Assembly (NCBI GenBank): GCA_036985855.1
Contig: BTQL01000001.1
Location: 10,920-74,919, forward strand
Origin: Acidimicrobiia bacterium
GTDB taxonomy: Bacteria; Actinomycetota; Acidimicrobiia; Spongiisociales; UBA5794
Reading direction: 5' to 3'
Length of the DNA: 64,000 bases
Position numbers and translations under genes: made by a program. The notes beneath the pieces were generated by a model. That model had not been told where the DNA came from. It did not search any database and saw only the letters and a list, made by a program, of their open reading frames with translations. Shown here in pieces: positions 21,799 through 32,451 of this stretch. The number at the start of each line of letters is the position of its first letter. The stretch's first letter is position 1.

Positions 21799-22734
21799 CT
21801 ACGCCCGGGAGCCAGTGAGAGCTTTGAGCATCGCTGAACCCATATCCGTCGGGGTAGGTGCCATCACGACACCCGCACCTTCGAGAGCTTCGATCTTCGC
21901 CTCGGCGGTTCCCTTGCCTCCCGAGATGATCGCGCCGGCATGACCCATCCGTTTCCCAGCAGGAGCGGACGTGCCCGCGATGAAGCTGGCGACCGGTTTG
22001 GTCATGTTCGCCATGATCCACTCAGCAGCTTCTTCCTCTGCCGTGCCACCGATCTCACCGATCATGATGACACCCTCCGTTTCGGGATCATCGTTGAATG
22101 CCGCTAGTGCATCAACGAAGTTCGTGCCGTTGACGGGGTCACCACCGATACCGATCGCCGTTGTCTGACCAAGACCGTTGAGGGTCAGCTGGTGAACCGC
22201 CTCATAGGTGAGCGTCCCAGACCGCGACACGACGCCGATCTTGCCTGGTGTATGTATGTAGCCGGGCATGATGCCGATCTTGCACGCCTGGGGTGTGATC
22301 ACACCCGGACAGTTCGGGCCGACGAGTCTGACGTTCTTGTCCTCGAGATAACGCTTGGCGAGAACCATGTCCGCGACAGGGATACCTTCGGTGACCGTGA
22401 TGATCAGCGGGACGCCTGCCTCGGCAGCCTCCATGATCGCATCCGCTGCGAAGGGCGGCGGAACGTAGACAACCGTTGCGTTCGCTCCTGTGGCCTCGAC
22501 AGCCTCGCGTACCGTGCGAAAGATCGGGATCGTGACGTCGTATGTGTCGGACCGCCCCTGCACACCCGAGTGATCCGTCTCGCCGGTGAACCGCTCCGCC
22601 TGGCCAGCCCTCGACGGGTGCACGGCACCGACCATGTCCGTGCCGTATGCGATCGCCTTGTCCGTATGAAACCGACCCGTTCTTCCCATTCCCTGGACGA
22701 GAACCTTCGTGTCCTTGTTGACGAGCACACTCAT
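21799..22734 (-). CDS. sucD: succinyl-CoA synthetase alpha subunit
   Basis: [27 protein letters not shown], phospho-His loop [11 protein letters not shown]. Confidence 0.95.
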   Translation of the reverse strand: MSVLVNKDTKVLVQGMGRTGRFHTDKAIAYGTDMVGAVHPSRAGQAERFTGETDHSGVQGRSDTYDVTIPIFRTVREAVEATGANATVVYVPPPFAADAIMEAAEAGVPLIITVTEGIPVADMVLAKRYLEDKNVRLVGPNCPGVITPQACKIGIMPGYIHTPGKIGVVSRSGTLTYEAVHQLTLNGLGQTTAIGIGGDPVNGTNFVDALAAFNDDPETEGVIMIGEIGGTAEEEAAEWIMANMTKPVASFIAGTSAPAGKRMGHAGAIISGGKGTAEAKIEALEGAGVVMAPTPTDMGSAMLKALTGSRA

Positions 22735-23954
22735 TTGGCCAACTCCACGATCTTTTCGGCTCCATCTTTCATGTCTGTAGCGCTCACAACGTTGAGGTCG
22801 GATTCATCGATGATCTGTTTCCCGAGCTCCACGTTCGTACCTTCGAGTCGGACCACGAGTGGCACGTCAAGGCCCACTTCCTCCACCGCAGCAACAACTC
22901 CGTTCGCGATGACATCACAGCGCATGATGCCACCGAAAATGTTGACGAAAATGCCCTTCACATTCGGATCCTCTGTGATGATCTTGAACGCGGCGACGAT
23001 CTGATCCTTCTCGGCGCCTCCTCCTACATCCAGAAAGTTGGCGGGTTCGCCCCCGACATACTTGATGATGTCCATTGTTGCCATGGCTAGGCCGGCCCCG
23101 TTGACCATGCAGCCGATCGAGCCGTCGAGACTGATGAACGAAAGGCCATACTCCTTGGCTTCCAGCTCAGCGGAGTCCTCTTCGGATTCGTCGCGAAGCT
23201 CCAGAACTTCGGGATGGCGGTACAGAGCGTTGGCTTCGAACGACATCTTGCCGTCGAGCGCCATCACCTTGCCATCTGTCGTGACGACGAGCGGATTGAT
23301 CTCTATGAGATCGGTGTCCATATCAGCTGCGAACACCGTCAGCTCCTTGAGGAACTTGAAACCGTTCTTGAAGGCGTCACCCTCGAGCCCGAGCCCGTAA
23401 GCGATCTGTCTGGCCTGGAAGTCAGTGAGACCGAATGCTGGGTCGATCTCTTCCTTGATGATCTTCTCGGGCGTCTCCTCTGCAACAACCTCGATCTCGG
23501 TACCTCCCTCGGTCGATGCCATCACGATGTTGCGGCTCGTCGAGCGATCGAGCAGGACCGAGAGATAGAGCTCCGTCGCGATATCGATGCCTTGCTCGAC
23601 GTAGAGGCGGTTGACGACCTTCCCCTCTTCGCCTGTCTGGATCGTGACCAACGTGGAGCCAAGCATCTGTGCCGCGAGCTCGCGGACCTTCTCCTCGGCA
23701 GCTTCGGTACCTCCGTCGATGCCTTCAAGGACCACGTTCACGCCACCAAGGTCGGGATGCTCATTGAAGCGTCCTTTGCCTCGCCCACCAGCATGGATCT
23801 GTGACTTCACGACGACAACGGAGTTGCCGGTGGACTCCATGAGGTGTCGTACAGCGGACACGGCTTCCTCGACGGTTGTCGCCACGGCGCCTTCGGGTAC
23901 AGGAATACCCCGCGCCTTCATGAGCGCCTTGGCTTGATACTCGTGGATCTTCAC
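22731..23954 (-). CDS. sucC: succinyl-CoA synthetase beta subunit
   Basis: (M)[14 protein letters not shown]-grasp region, [28 protein letters not shown] start in a GTGA overlap with the upstream gene. Confidence 0.95.
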   Translation of the reverse strand: MKIHEYQAKALMKARGIPVPEGAVATTVEEAVSAVRHLMESTGNSVVVVKSQIHAGGRGKGRFNEHPDLGGVNVVLEGIDGGTEAAEEKVRELAAQMLGSTLVTIQTGEEGKVVNRLYVEQGIDIATELYLSVLLDRSTSRNIVMASTEGGTEIEVVAEETPEKIIKEEIDPAFGLTDFQARQIAYGLGLEGDAFKNGFKFLKELTVFAADMDTDLIEINPLVVTTDGKVMALDGKMSFEANALYRHPEVLELRDESEEDSAELEAKEYGLSFISLDGSIGCMVNGAGLAMATMDIIKYVGGEPANFLDVGGGAEKDQIVAAFKIITEDPNVKGIFVNIFGGIMRCDVIANGVVAAVEEVGLDVPLVVRLEGTNVELGKQIIDESDLNVVSATDMKDGAEKIVELAK

Positions 23955-24361
23955 GCGTCCTCCTGACGGGTCTCGTCCGTGAACTGTTCATACACCCAGG
24001 CTTGGATCACCCCGAGCGAGGTGCCTGGACCGAAGATGTGTGCGATACCTGCGGCCTCAAGGCGCGGAACGTCCGCATCGGGGATGATGCCTCCACCGAA
24101 CACGACGATGTCCTCGGCGCCCCGAGCTCTGAGCTCATCGACCACGCTCGGGAACAGCGTCATGTGCGCTCCGGACAGCGCGGACAATCCGACACCGTCG
24201 ACATCTTCCTGTATGGCGACTTCGGCGATCTGTTCGGGCGACTGGTGCAACCCGGTGTAGATCACTTCACAGCCTGCGTCGCGCAGAGCCCGCGCGACAA
24301 CCTTTGCTCCGCGGTCGTGTCCGTCGAGACCAGGTTTTGCGATGAGAATCCGAGTCGGCAT
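23951..24361 (-). CDS. cobalamin (B12)-binding domain protein, methylmalonyl-CoA mutase small subunit type
   Basis: 136-aa ORF with [22 protein letters not shown] (DxHxxG B12-binding signature) and [17 protein letters not shown]. Confidence 0.8.
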   Translation of the reverse strand: MPTRILIAKPGLDGHDRGAKVVARALRDAGCEVIYTGLHQSPEQIAEVAIQEDVDGVGLSALSGAHMTLFPSVVDELRARGAEDIVVFGGGIIPDADVPRLEAAGIAHIFGPGTSLGVIQAWVYEQFTDETRQEDA

Positions 24362-24432
24362 CGTGCGGAATAGTAGTTGGGCAGTGCATCATGCCGCCCG
24401 GAGATCGTAACACTCGTACCGCCTTCAGGGCC

Positions 24433-26616
24433 CTAGCCGACCTTTTCCAGAGGCGCCCAGGCAAGAAGAAGGCGCTTGGAACCGTGGGCGTCGAAGATGA
24501 CGACGGCCTCTGCACGGTCGCCGGTTCCGACGATCTCCTTGACCACGCCCTCGCCCCAGTGAGAGTGCCTGACACGATCGCCGTTCGACACATCGGCGTC
24601 AGTCACCGTACTTGTCGGCGAGCGAGACTCCAAGGTTGCGCGACGCCTGGCCCGCTTCGCTTTCGAAGTCAGATGCTCCGGAATCTCGTTGAGGAATCGG
24701 CTCGGGCCGTTGTAGTTGTTCTGGCCCCACATGTTCCTGCTCCACGCCCTCGTGAGGTACAGGCGTTCCTCTGCCCTGGTCAACCCGACATAACAGAGTC
24801 TGCGCTCCTCCTCGAGTTCCTTTGGATCACCGAGTGATCGCATGTGGGGGAAGATTCCATCTTCAAGTCCCGTGAGAAAGACGGCCGGATACTCCAGGCC
24901 TTTTGCGTTGTGGAGCGTCATGAGCGTCACGGCCTGGGCATCGTGAACACCGTCGAGGTCTGTGACGAGGCTGATCGCTTCGAGAAACATATGGACCTTG
25001 CCCACACCATCGAGCTGATCCCACTCTGCAGGACCCATTGACGCAGGGCCCGTCTCCTCGAATTCGGCGCCTGCTGTGAGCAGCTCTTTCAAGTTCTCCT
25101 CCCTCCCCATGGCCTCGATCGTTCTCTCGGACCGGACCATGTCGAGATAGCCCGTGTCGTTGAGAACGGCTTCAAGTGCCGCTTCGGGACCGTCCGATGC
25201 CTTCTCCGACACCAGATCGATCACGGCAACGAATGCACCGATCGCGTTCTGTGCGCGTGCCGTGAGCGCATCGATCTGGGAGACACGCCTCAACGCATCC
25301 ATGAAGGTGATTCCTTCAGTTTCGGCGAACCGGTCGACATGGGCAACGGAAGTGTCTCCGATCGCACGTTTCGGAGTGTTGATGATCCGCTTTATGGCAA
25401 CCTGGTCATCAGGGTTCACGATGGCTCTCAAGTAAGCCAGGGCATCCTTGACTTCCTTACGGTCGTAATACTTGAGGCCACCGACGACCTGATACGTAAC
25501 GCCGAATCGAACGAAGATCTCCTCGATGACGCGGGACTGGGCGTTCGTCCGGTAGAACACGGCAACGTCATCGAGACCCACACCGATATCTTGGAGTCTG
25601 GCAATCTCCTCTGCGATGTATGCAGCCTCCTCGTGCTCATCTTCGGCCTCGAACACGACGATGTGCTCACCCACCCCGGCATCGGTCCACAGCCGTTTGG
25701 GTCTGCGGCTCGCATTGTTCTTGATGACAGCGTTCGCCGCATCAAGGATCGTCTGTGTGGAGCGGTAATTCTGTTCGAGAAGGATGACCTTTGTGTCTGG
25801 GTAGTCCTTTTCGAATTCCATGATGTTGCGCATATCCGCGCCACGAAATGCGTATATGGACTGGTCAGAATCGCCCACCACACACACATTGCGATGCTTG
25901 GCAGCGAGCATCTTGACGAGCATGTACTGAGCACGATTGGTGTCCTGGTACTCGTCCACGAGAATGTATCGGAACCTGTCCTGCCACCGCTCGAGCACCT
26001 CGGGGAAGGCCTGAAGGATTTCGACCGTAAGTGTCAGAATGTCATCGAAGTCGACTGCAGATGCCTCAACGAGCCTCTGCTGGTACAGCCGATAGATGTC
26101 GGAGACCTTCTCGTGGTAAAAGCCGGAATCTTGGGATCCGAAGGTCTCATAGTCGATGAGTTCGTTCTTCGCCTTTGAGATAGCCGCCTTCATCTGACGA
26201 GGAGGGAACCTCTTCGGATCGAGATCGAGATCCTTGACAACCATCGTTACGAGGCGAGTCGAATCGGCGTCGTCGTAGATCGAGAAGGAGCTCCTGTACC
26301 CCAAGCGATGGATCTCCTGGCGGAGGATTCTCACACATGCGGAGTGGAAAGTCGACACCCACATATCGTTCGCCACACGACCTACGAGGCTGCCAACTCG
26401 TTCCTTCATCTCTCCTGCAGCCTTGTTCGTGAATGTGATCGCAAGAATCTCGTATGGAGAGACACCGAGGTCACGAACGAGGTAGGCAATGCGGTATGTG
26501 AGCACTCGGGTCTTGCCAGATCCCGCACCGGCAATGACGAGTACCGGTCCGTCCGTTGCCGCAACGGCTTCACGCTGCGTTGCATTGAGAGATGTGAAAA
26601 GGGATGACTCAGACAT
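24433..26616 (-). CDS. pcrA: ATP-dependent DNA helicase PcrA/UvrD (SF1)
   Basis: LNATQREAV, Walker A AGAGSGKT, DEYQDTN, QNYRST, VTLMTLHNAKGLEYPAVF. ATG at 26616 chosen; the ORF-track N-terminal extension has no helicase similarity. Confidence 0.9.
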   Translation of the reverse strand: MSESSLFTSLNATQREAVAATDGPVLVIAGAGSGKTRVLTYRIAYLVRDLGVSPYEILAITFTNKAAGEMKERVGSLVGRVANDMWVSTFHSACVRILRQEIHRLGYRSSFSIYDDADSTRLVTMVVKDLDLDPKRFPPRQMKAAISKAKNELIDYETFGSQDSGFYHEKVSDIYRLYQQRLVEASAVDFDDILTLTVEILQAFPEVLERWQDRFRYILVDEYQDTNRAQYMLVKMLAAKHRNVCVVGDSDQSIYAFRGADMRNIMEFEKDYPDTKVILLEQNYRSTQTILDAANAVIKNNASRRPKRLWTDAGVGEHIVVFEAEDEHEEAAYIAEEIARLQDIGVGLDDVAVFYRTNAQSRVIEEIFVRFGVTYQVVGGLKYYDRKEVKDALAYLRAIVNPDDQVAIKRIINTPKRAIGDTSVAHVDRFAETEGITFMDALRRVSQIDALTARAQNAIGAFVAVIDLVSEKASDGPEAALEAVLNDTGYLDMVRSERTIEAMGREENLKELLTAGAEFEETGPASMGPAEWDQLDGVGKVHMFLEAISLVTDLDGVHDAQAVTLMTLHNAKGLEYPAVFLTGLEDGIFPHMRSLGDPKELEEERRLCYVGLTRAEERLYLTRAWSRNMWGQNNYNGPSRFLNEIPEHLTSKAKRARRRATLESRSPTSTVTDADVSNGDRVRHSHWGEGVVKEIVGTGDRAEAVVIFDAHGSKRLLLAWAPLEKVG

Positions 26617-26687
26617 CGGGGGCGATTGTACAGAACGCACGTGACCGAATCGCAGGCGTGCACATGCGCCGGGTTCTGTGGCGGAAC

Positions 26688-26831
26688 CTATCGAACGAAG
26701 AACCACCACCATCCGGCCAGCAGGGCGATACCGATGGCAAAGATGAACCCGAGATGGAGCACCTTCTTGAACAGCCACCAGACCACCGAGATGATGATGA
26801 AAACGACTAACAACGAAACGATCGTTGACAT
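26688..26831 (-). CDS. candidate small (47 aa) two-TM membrane protein
   Basis: Below the ORF-track cutoff, translated by hand: MSTIVSLLVVFIIISVVWWLFKKVLHLGFIFAIGIALLAGWWWFFVR. An aagggag RBS lies 5 nt upstream. It sits between the CheA-like gene and pcrA. Confidence 0.4.
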   Translation of the reverse strand: MSTIVSLLVVFIIISVVWWLFKKVLHLGFIFAIGIALLAGWWWFFVR

Positions 26832-26935
26832 GACACTCCCTTGTCCGGTCGGAGCGCACTATAGATGACCTTGACAGCCGCCCAAGAGGGTTTCGCGCAA
26901 CGCCGTTGGTCGGATCCGCCCGAAGAAGCGGAACT

Positions 26936-29497
26936 TCAGCTGGCGATCACTGACTCCTCAGAACCGCTCTCACCGTTGATGTCGCGTTCCTCGATGAGGC
27001 CACGAAGCGTCTGCACCAACGCCCCTCTTGCGAAGTCCGACTTGTCGAAGAACGCGTCAACTCCGGCGCGTTCGGCCCGTGAGCGGTCTTCTTCTGACGC
27101 AACGCCAGAAAGCATCACGATCGGGATCGCTCCATATCGTTGACGAACCATGTGAGCCAGAGCGACACCGTCTGCCCTCGGCATCGAGAAGTCGACGACC
27201 AATGCGTCCACCGCGTTCCTAGCGAGTGCAGCCAACGCGTCTGACACGCTTCCAGCGGCAAGCGTGGAGAAGCCGTGGGACGCAAGGACACCGGACACGA
27301 CCTGCCGGACACCCTGGCTGTCGTCGACGACGAGAACCCGATGGACCGGACCCTCCGACAGGGCTTCGGCTGAACGCATGCGGTCTGCGAGCCTGCCTGC
27401 ATCCACAAGCATCACGGATTCGTCACCACCCAACAACGCAACACCGCTGACGACCGAGGCTCCGCTGAGCAGCGGTCCAAGATCCTTCGTAGCAACTTCA
27501 TGCATCTCGAGCACCTCGTCGACGGCAAGTGCGATCAGCCCGGTCGGGCTCTGAATCACCATGACCTGGGACGGCAGTCCCTCAACTTCGAGACCGGCGA
27601 CCGAAGCAAAGGACGCGTATGGGACACTTTCGTTCTCGAACCCGATCGAGCTGCCCTTCTCCGTCACAGAAATCGAGACGTCTGGGATCGGAACGATATC
27701 GACAACAACCGAACCTGGGACACCCCACACACGATTTCCTGCGAGGAACATCTGGGCTCGTTGCAGAGCGCGGTGGGCCGGCATGGTGATTACGAAGCTC
27801 GTGCCGCGACCCTCGGCTGTGTCGAGTGACATCGATCCGAAAACCTCTTCTACGATCTCGGTGACGCGTCCGAGACCCGAACCGGTTCCGGTGAATTCGG
27901 AAGAGTCCGGATTCGTGGAAAAGCCATCGGCATACAGGACGGAGTGCAATTCGTCGGCGCTCGGATCGGCTCCGACAAGTTCATGTTGCACTGCTCTTTC
28001 GCGAACTGCTACCCAGTCGATGCCGGAACCATCGTCGGTAATAGCGAGCTGCAAGTGCTGGTCATCTCTGCTCGCCGACACTCTGACCATGCCAGCCGAG
28101 GACTTGCCCGATGCGATACGGACATCGCGAGGTTCAAGACCGTGAGTGACGGCATTCACCACGAGTTGCCGTACCACCTCGCCGATACGGTCGAGGAGTT
28201 GGCGATCTATCAGTGTCTCATCGCCCTCGATAATGAGCTCGACATCCCGATCGAGCTTTTTCGACAGATACTTGACCAGCTGAGGAAGAGTCGACGTGAT
28301 ATTGGAGATGGGCACCACGGTGAGGCCAAGCGCCGCGGACTCGAGCTGGACGGATGCGCGTCTCACGGATTCAAGCGATTCGAGAACACCTTCAGCAGCA
28401 GCCTTCGACGCACCCTTCGGAGCGCTCGAGAGCACCCGGGTCGCCTGCTCGACCGCGGAGTCCATATCGATCCTCACGGTCGCGACATCATTGATCATTC
28501 GGAACAGACGCCCAGCGTTCACGGGGACCGACTCCTCGGTCGCCCACGTCTCAACCGCACCAACAAGGCCCCCGAGATCGTATGTCTGATTCGTCTCTGG
28601 GTCGAGCACAGAGCGCGATCCCTCAACGACGGTGAGGCTCGGCGGCTCGTCCAACGGGCTGACATCGACCGAGTCGGGTGCCGTTGCAGATTGGGGCACC
28701 TCAAGGTGAGCATCAGCCTCGGGTGTCGATTCAGTTGCAACGACCTCATAGGTGATCGTAGGTGTTGCAAGTTTGCCGTCCGGACCCGGCTCGAACACCA
28801 GTGGATCATCTTCGGACTGTTCATCAGGGGTTGTGCTGCTCTCCTGGGCAGTCTCAGAATCGTCTTCGTCCGATCGTTCGAATGTGATCGCAGCTACATC
28901 TGCCGATCGCTCGACGACCTCGGAGGTCTCGGGCGTGTCAGCTTCAACTACCGACTCCACCACCGGATCGAGTGTTTCGACATCGTCTGGCTCAAGGGCG
29001 ACGGGCGGAGACGTCTCGTCTTCGACGACTGGCTCAGGGACCTCGACGATCGCTTCGGATTCGGATGGTCCGGCCTCGATCTGTTCTTCTTCCGTCAGAG
29101 GTTCGGGGAGCGATTTGCGTAGGACGGGATCATCGATGACTGTTCGGACGGTTTCGATCGACTCGGACACCGCCGTGGTGTCCCCCCCGAGTGCTCCAGG
29201 AATCGACTCCGCAAGCATCAGCAGTGTTCTACCGAGCATCGAGGACGGTTCAAGGTCACCCTGTTGGATGAACCGCCACACGAACTCGCAGGTCTCTCCC
29301 CCACGTGCGATCCCCTCATACCCCATAACACGGCCAGTCCCCTTGATGGTATGACCCTCGCGGAGCATCCGGCCTGCAAGCTCCGAGCTGATTTCACCGC
29401 TCACCATGGCCTGCGCACCTTCCGCAAGACTGAGCGACCGTTCATCAAGCTCGTCTTTGAAGAGCTGCTCGAGCTCAAGATCGTTTTGCCAGTCCAT
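26936..29497 (-). CDS. CheA-like hybrid histidine kinase (HPt - acidic linker - dimerisation/HATPase - CheW-like - receiver)
   Basis: HPt motif REGHTIKGTGRVMG; ATPase motifs NAVTHGLE, DDGSGID, GTGSGLG; CheW-like segment; C-terminal REC (VLVVDDS.., VVDFSMPRADG, IVMLSG, FFDKS). Confidence 0.85.
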   Translation of the reverse strand: MDWQNDLELEQLFKDELDERSLSLAEGAQAMVSGEISSELAGRMLREGHTIKGTGRVMGYEGIARGGETCEFVWRFIQQGDLEPSSMLGRTLLMLAESIPGALGGDTTAVSESIETVRTVIDDPVLRKSLPEPLTEEEQIEAGPSESEAIVEVPEPVVEDETSPPVALEPDDVETLDPVVESVVEADTPETSEVVERSADVAAITFERSDEDDSETAQESSTTPDEQSEDDPLVFEPGPDGKLATPTITYEVVATESTPEADAHLEVPQSATAPDSVDVSPLDEPPSLTVVEGSRSVLDPETNQTYDLGGLVGAVETWATEESVPVNAGRLFRMINDVATVRIDMDSAVEQATRVLSSAPKGASKAAAEGVLESLESVRRASVQLESAALGLTVVPISNITSTLPQLVKYLSKKLDRDVELIIEGDETLIDRQLLDRIGEVVRQLVVNAVTHGLEPRDVRIASGKSSAGMVRVSASRDDQHLQLAITDDGSGIDWVAVRERAVQHELVGADPSADELHSVLYADGFSTNPDSSEFTGTGSGLGRVTEIVEEVFGSMSLDTAEGRGTSFVITMPAHRALQRAQMFLAGNRVWGVPGSVVVDIVPIPDVSISVTEKGSSIGFENESVPYASFASVAGLEVEGLPSQVMVIQSPTGLIALAVDEVLEMHEVATKDLGPLLSGASVVSGVALLGGDESVMLVDAGRLADRMRSAEALSEGPVHRVLVVDDSQGVRQVVSGVLASHGFSTLAAGSVSDALAALARNAVDALVVDFSMPRADGVALAHMVRQRYGAIPIVMLSGVASEEDRSRAERAGVDAFFDKSDFARGALVQTLRGLIEERDINGESGSEESVIAS

Positions 29498-29631
29498 CGC
29501 TACACCATGAAGTAGAAGGTTGTGTCCACCTATGCCCTATCGGAAGGCTCGATATGGGTCTTGAGCACTATGACTAGTTCCCTGTTCGAGCACCGGCCGA
29601 AGGAATAGTCATCAGGTGCCTGATGCCTGGC

Positions 29632-31200
29632 TCACTCCCACTCAATCGTGGCGGGAGGCTTCGAGGAGATGTCATAGGCAACACGGTTGATGCCGTCGAC
29701 CTCGTTTATCACCCTAGAGGAGATCTTCGCGAGAACGTCGTACGGCAGACGCGCCCAGTCCGCGGTCATTGCATCTTCTGACGTAACGGCTCGAACGATG
29801 AGCGGGTAGGCATAAGTGCGACCATCGCCCTGTACACCAACGCTCTTGATGGCTGGGAGCACGCCGAACGTCTGCCAGATCTCACGATAGAGACCAGCTT
29901 TTCTGATCTCGTCGAGCACGATGACATCGGCGGCTCTGAGAATATCGAGACGTTCCTTGGTGATGTCACCGATGATGCGCACAGCAAGCCCGGGGCCGGG
30001 GAATGGCTGACGCCATACGATCTCCTCCGGAAGGCCAAGTTCCTCGCCCACGGCTCTGACCTCGTCCTTGAACAAATCGCGCAACGGCTCCACGAGTTCG
30101 AACGCCATGTCTTGTGGCAAGCCACCAACGTTGTGGTGACTCTTGATCTTTGCAGCATCCTTCGTTCCCGACTCGATCACATCGGGATAAAGCGTTCCCT
30201 GAACGAGATGGTCTGCACCTTCAATATCTGCAGCGACTTCCTCGAAAACGCGAATAAAGGTTTCGCCGATGATCTTCCGCTTCTCCTCTGGATCGGTAAC
30301 TCCTTCGAGAGCGGAAAGGAATCGATCCTCGGCCTTCAGGTGGATGAGGTTCATATGGAAAGTGTTTCGGAAAGTCTCCTCGACCTGCTCACCCTCACCG
30401 AGGCGCATCAAACCATGATCTACAAAGACACAAACCAGCTGATCGCCGATCGCCTTGTGCACCAGAGCGGCCGCGACGGACGAGTCGACACCACCAGAAA
30501 GGCCACAGATAGCAACACCTTCACCAACAGATTCACGGATCGCATCGACTGATTGCTCGATGATCCCCACACGGGTCCACGTCGGCCTTGCGCCACATGC
30601 TTCCCAGAGAAAGTGTTCGAGTATCCGCTGGCCGTGCTCGGTATGTCTCACCTCCGGATGGAACTGGAGGCCGTAGAAACGACGATCCGGGTCCTCCATT
30701 GCGGCAACCGGTGCATCAGGCGTCGAAGCTGTCACTACGAACCCGTCCGGGGCGTCAGATACCGCGTCGTTGTGGCTCATCCAGACCTGCTGGGTCTCCG
30801 GCTGGTCACCGAAAAGCAGCGATCCTCCCGTCACCGTGAGTTCGGCAGGCCCGAATTCAGAGGTCCCTGTGGATGCCACGGCGCCACCCAGCGTCTGAGC
30901 CATCACCTGGTGCCCGTAGCAGATTCCAAGAACAGGGATTCCAAGCCCGAAGACCTCCGGATCGATTCCGTAAGCATCCTCTGCATACACGGACGAGGGT
31001 CCACCTGAGAGGACTATTCCGATGGGATCCTTTTCCATGATCTCGTTGGCAGTGATGTCCCTTGGAACGATCTCCGAGAACACGCGAGCTTCCCGTATCC
31101 GCCGAGCGATCAGCTGTGCGTACTGTGCGCCGAAGTCGACAACAAGGACACGGTCGAAGTCTCCCTGTGATGCATGGCCCGATACCTTTGGGCCCACCAT
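29632..31200 (-). CDS. guaA: glutamine-hydrolysing GMP synthase
   Basis: GATase (GICYGHQ, QFHPE), ATP-PPase SGGVDSS, C-terminal [11 protein letters not shown] at 31200; the TTG at 31203 is an alternative. Confidence 0.95.
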   Translation of the reverse strand: MVGPKVSGHASQGDFDRVLVVDFGAQYAQLIARRIREARVFSEIVPRDITANEIMEKDPIGIVLSGGPSSVYAEDAYGIDPEVFGLGIPVLGICYGHQVMAQTLGGAVASTGTSEFGPAELTVTGGSLLFGDQPETQQVWMSHNDAVSDAPDGFVVTASTPDAPVAAMEDPDRRFYGLQFHPEVRHTEHGQRILEHFLWEACGARPTWTRVGIIEQSVDAIRESVGEGVAICGLSGGVDSSVAAALVHKAIGDQLVCVFVDHGLMRLGEGEQVEETFRNTFHMNLIHLKAEDRFLSALEGVTDPEEKRKIIGETFIRVFEEVAADIEGADHLVQGTLYPDVIESGTKDAAKIKSHHNVGGLPQDMAFELVEPLRDLFKDEVRAVGEELGLPEEIVWRQPFPGPGLAVRIIGDITKERLDILRAADVIVLDEIRKAGLYREIWQTFGVLPAIKSVGVQGDGRTYAYPLIVRAVTSEDAMTADWARLPYDVLAKISSRVINEVDGINRVAYDISSKPPATIEWE

Positions 31201-32357
31201 CAACCCATCCCCACACCCTGGGAACGCTGGAGTTGCTTGCCCTCGGTCTGGAGTGCAGGAGCAACCATGACCTCTGCCTTCTGGAATTCCTTGACCGTTG
31301 CGAAGCCGGTGGTTGCCATCGATCCGCGCAAGCCACCGAAGAGGTTGCGCCTCCCATCGTTCTCATGAGCTGGTCCGACGAGGATCTCCTCGATCGTGCC
31401 GAGCGTTCCCGTCCGGACACGGGACCCTCGTGGAAGTGTCGGATGGAAGGTCGCCATGCCCCAGTGGTAACCCTTCGATGGGGACTCCGCTGCTGCGGCC
31501 ATCGGTGAACCGATCATCACAGCATCTGCGCCAACCGCTATGGCCTTGGAGACGTCGCCGCCTGTGCGCATGCCACCGTCCGCAATGACGTGGACGTAAC
31601 GGCCGGTCTCCTCGAGATAGGCAGACCGCGCCGCCGCCGCGTCGGCGATCGCAGTTGCCTGGGGAACACCGATGCCGAGCACACCTCGGGTAGTGCACGC
31701 GGCCCCCGGGCCGACGCCGACGAGGACACCAACCGCACCTGTCCTCATCAGATGCAGGGCTCCCGAGTAGGAAGCGGTGCCACCGATGATGATGGGCATC
31801 TCGACCTCGCGGATGAACGAGTTGAGGTCGAGCGGTTCCTCGCGGGACGACACATGCTCGGCAGACACCACAGTGCCTTGTATAACGAGCACGTCAAGGC
31901 CACCGGCCTTTGCGTAGTCGACGTACCTCGAGACAGTGGGCGGAGTGAGACTGCCACACGCAACGACGCCACCATCTTTGATCTCCCTGACACGCTGAGT
32001 GATGAGATCCGGGTTGACCGGGGCGTTGTAGAGCTCCTGCATGCGCCGGGTGGCATTCCGATCGTCGAGCGACGCTATCTCGTCATAGACAGGCATCGGA
32101 TCCTCGTATCGAGTCCAGAGACCTTCGAGGTTGAGCGTCGCAAGACCACCGAGCCGACCGATCTCAATCGCGGTCTGCGGTGTGACGGCGGAGTCCATCC
32201 CCGACGCCATCATCGGTATGTCGAAAGTGAACGCGTCGAGTTCCCACGAGAGATCGACGTCTTCGGGATCTCTGGTCCGCCGCGTTGGGACGATCGCAAT
32301 GTCGTCGAATCCCCAGGCTCGACGACCTGACTTCCCCTTGCCGATCTCGATTTCCAA
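31200..32357 (-). CDS. GuaB3-type IMP dehydrogenase family protein (no CBS pair)
   Basis: 385-aa ORF with an IMPDH barrel ([34 protein letters not shown]) but lacking the CBS subdomain. Confidence 0.85.
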   Translation of the reverse strand: MEIEIGKGKSGRRAWGFDDIAIVPTRRTRDPEDVDLSWELDAFTFDIPMMASGMDSAVTPQTAIEIGRLGGLATLNLEGLWTRYEDPMPVYDEIASLDDRNATRRMQELYNAPVNPDLITQRVREIKDGGVVACGSLTPPTVSRYVDYAKAGGLDVLVIQGTVVSAEHVSSREEPLDLNSFIREVEMPIIIGGTASYSGALHLMRTGAVGVLVGVGPGAACTTRGVLGIGVPQATAIADAAAARSAYLEETGRYVHVIADGGMRTGGDVSKAIAVGADAVMIGSPMAAAAESPSKGYHWGMATFHPTLPRGSRVRTGTLGTIEEILVGPAHENDGRRNLFGGLRGSMATTGFATVKEFQKAEVMVAPALQTEGKQLQRSQGVGMG

Positions 32358-32451
32358 GACAAACCTCCACTAGGCGCCAGCGATGACCCGAGAGTAGTGG
32401 GTAGACGGAAGCCAGTAGGCAGCACCGTCTAGGGCCTACTGTCTGCTGGGA

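Noticed and set aside
21799-22734. About 18-aa insertion in SucD (..[28 protein letters not shown]..) relative to the E. coli enzyme
   Set aside because: As I recall, mycobacterial SucD has a comparable insertion at this position, so it is probably a lineage trait and not an anomaly.
26617-26859. N-terminal 81-aa extension of the pcrA ORF
   Set aside because: The extension has no helicase similarity and would overlap the better-supported small membrane ORF. The helicase motif order begins right after the ATG at 26616.
27944-29122. 392-aa plus-strand ORF antisense to the CheA-like gene
   Set aside because: The minus-strand frame carries HPt, HATPase and CheW-like motifs; the antisense ORF has none.
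29598-29631. Near-palindrome catcaggtgcctgatg just downstream of guaA
   Set aside because: It is a short 7-bp stem with a 2-nt centre, a plausible but weak terminator and not distinctive.
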